Shown piece after piece: positions 62,833-64,000 of a stretch of 64,000 nucleotides of DNA (its first letter is position 1; every line of letters begins with the position of its first letter). Both the position numbers and the translations under genes were made by a program. The DNA is taken from the IMG/VR virus record IMGVR_UViG_3300016486_001578; one strand, 5' to 3'. This stretch comes from a virus. Its lineage: Duplodnaviria; Caudoviricetes. The notes under the pieces were generated by a model that did not search any database, was not told where the DNA came from, and saw nothing but the letters and a program-made list of their open reading frames with translations.

Positions 62833-64000
62833 TTAACTCATATTTTATTTTACCACAATCCCATATTCTATAATAGCCTTTACTTCTCATGAATTGACTT
62901 TCAGTTATTTTTTGTCCCTTTATTCCTAAATTAGATTTCTTAAAATTTTGCTTGTGTTTTCTATTTCCATCAATTACATATTTGTAATCTGGGTTACTTT
63001 CTGATAATAAAGAAAAACCTAATTTATTATATAAATTACCAGTTGACCAATCTCTATCAGCATAACTAATTATTCTATTTGTTTTATATCTTTTTATAAA
63101 AAAATTTAACATTTTACTTGATCCACCAACAATACTAAAATTTAGTTTATTACAAAATCTAGATAAGTTCCAACAACCATCTTTCATTTTTTTCCTACCC
63201 TCTAATTTATTAAATGTCATGACAGAAATCAACTCATTATCAAAGAACATACCTATTTTGATATTAGATATATCAATTCCTTGTATATGGTTATTGTTTA
63301 AGAATTTAGATACCTTGTCTTGTTTTATCTCTTTAATGTCACATCTTCTAGCGTATATTTTGTTCTTAGTCAGTCCTAACCAATTACTAATCTGTGATTC
63401 TAGTATTCTTTTTTTATTAATCCAATCATCTTCCCAGATATGAATAATCCTTATTCCTCTCTCCATAAAGTACTTAGTCTTATCCAAATGATAGTTTTTA
63501 TCCTTGAATTCTTCTGAGTGCCAATAAAGTCCATTAAATTCAAAGCCTATTTTTAATTCTGGTAAATAAATATCAATTTCTAAACCATCACGATATGATT
63601 GAATTATTTTACCATCATATATTGAATCTATAAAATTAAATAGTTCTTTTTCTTTTATTGAAACTGAATCACCAATTGGATTACAAACGGTACATATAGG
63701 GATATTTAGCTTTTTCCTACTCAAATAGTTATCTGATTTTATTTCAAATTCATGTCCTTCATCACATCTAAATAGTGATATAGAATCTTTTACATAACTA
63801 TCATAACCAACTTCTTTGCCTATTTTTGTGTCTAAATGAAATTTTTCCGATTTTTTGTAATTATTAACCCCGTATTTTTCAAAAATAGTCTTTTCTGACT
63901 TTGAGATAAACTCACTAGAAAGCATATAGTTATTAACACCATACTTTTCTAAACAAGTCTCTTTTATTTTATCTTTAAATTCATCCGTCTTTGAATAACT
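62816..64000 (-). CDS. Putative homing endonuclease (Vsr/PD-(D/E)XK-like), 5' end outside window
   Basis: KYGVNN repeats; LEIDIYLPELKIGFEFNGLYWHS; IHIWEDDW; SYADRDWS; RIWDCGK. Confidence 0.75.
   Translation of the reverse strand, partial: SYSKTDEFKDKIKETCLEKYGVNNYMLSSEFISKSEKTIFEKYGVNNYKKSEKFHLDTKIGKEVGYDSYVKDSISLFRCDEGHEFEIKSDNYLSRKKLNIPICTVCNPIGDSVSIKEKELFNFIDSIYDGKIIQSYRDGLEIDIYLPELKIGFEFNGLYWHSEEFKDKNYHLDKTKYFMERGIRIIHIWEDDWINKKRILESQISNWLGLTKNKIYARRCDIKEIKQDKVSKFLNNNHIQGIDISNIKIGMFFDNELISVMTFNKLEGRKKMKDGCWNLSRFCNKLNFSIVGGSSKMLNFFIKRYKTNRIISYADRDWSTGNLYNKLGFSLLSESNPDYKYVIDGNRKHKQNFKKSNLGIKGQKITESQFMRSKGYYRIWDCGKIKYELIKKDT

Noticed and set aside
1-64000. Stop-codon reassignment as in some jumbo phages
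   Set aside because: Long conserved genes translate intact in code 11, and TAA, TAG and TGA all end genes; the breaks seen are TAA stops, frameshifts or deletions

Overview
Very AT-rich window (roughly three-quarters A+T by eye) from a large T4-like (jumbo) myophage that probably infects a Bacteroidota host, judging by Bacteroidota-type TyrRS/HisRS/IF3/PurA sequences and TAnnTTTG promoter boxes. It uses the standard genetic code. The left part (~1-35.6 kb) is an accessory region of short ORFs, host-like enzymes (TyrRS, HisRS, IF3, DHFR, UvsE, phosphoesterases, nucleotidyltransferases), one tRNA-Pro, two unusual tRNA-like RNAs and many deletion or rearrangement scars. The right part (~35.6-64 kb) holds core genes: a UvsW-like helicase, a gp61-like primase, baseplate genes with cell-wall hydrolase domains, an amidoligase, a DHH protein, SlyD and homing endonucleases. 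The main leads are: (1) the helicase is broken into three ORFs by two endonuclease genes, one break repaired by a canonical split intein and the other flanked by an apparently non-catalytic intein relic; (2) about 20 unrelated proteins share a C-terminal R-x-x-K-[IL]-x-x-[IL]-[LI] tag, while a separate set under a TAATATATA promoter motif shares an N-terminal T4-like capsid-targeting leader; (3) a tandem LRR gene array varies at the predicted ligand-binding face; (4) two tRNA-shaped RNAs have an expanded domain in place of the anticodon arm; (5) a 1.37-kb fragment resembling another virus interrupts the gp5-like spike gene. All family assignments come from motif recognition by eye and need HMM or structure confirmation. 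Some breaks may be assembly or homopolymer artefacts.
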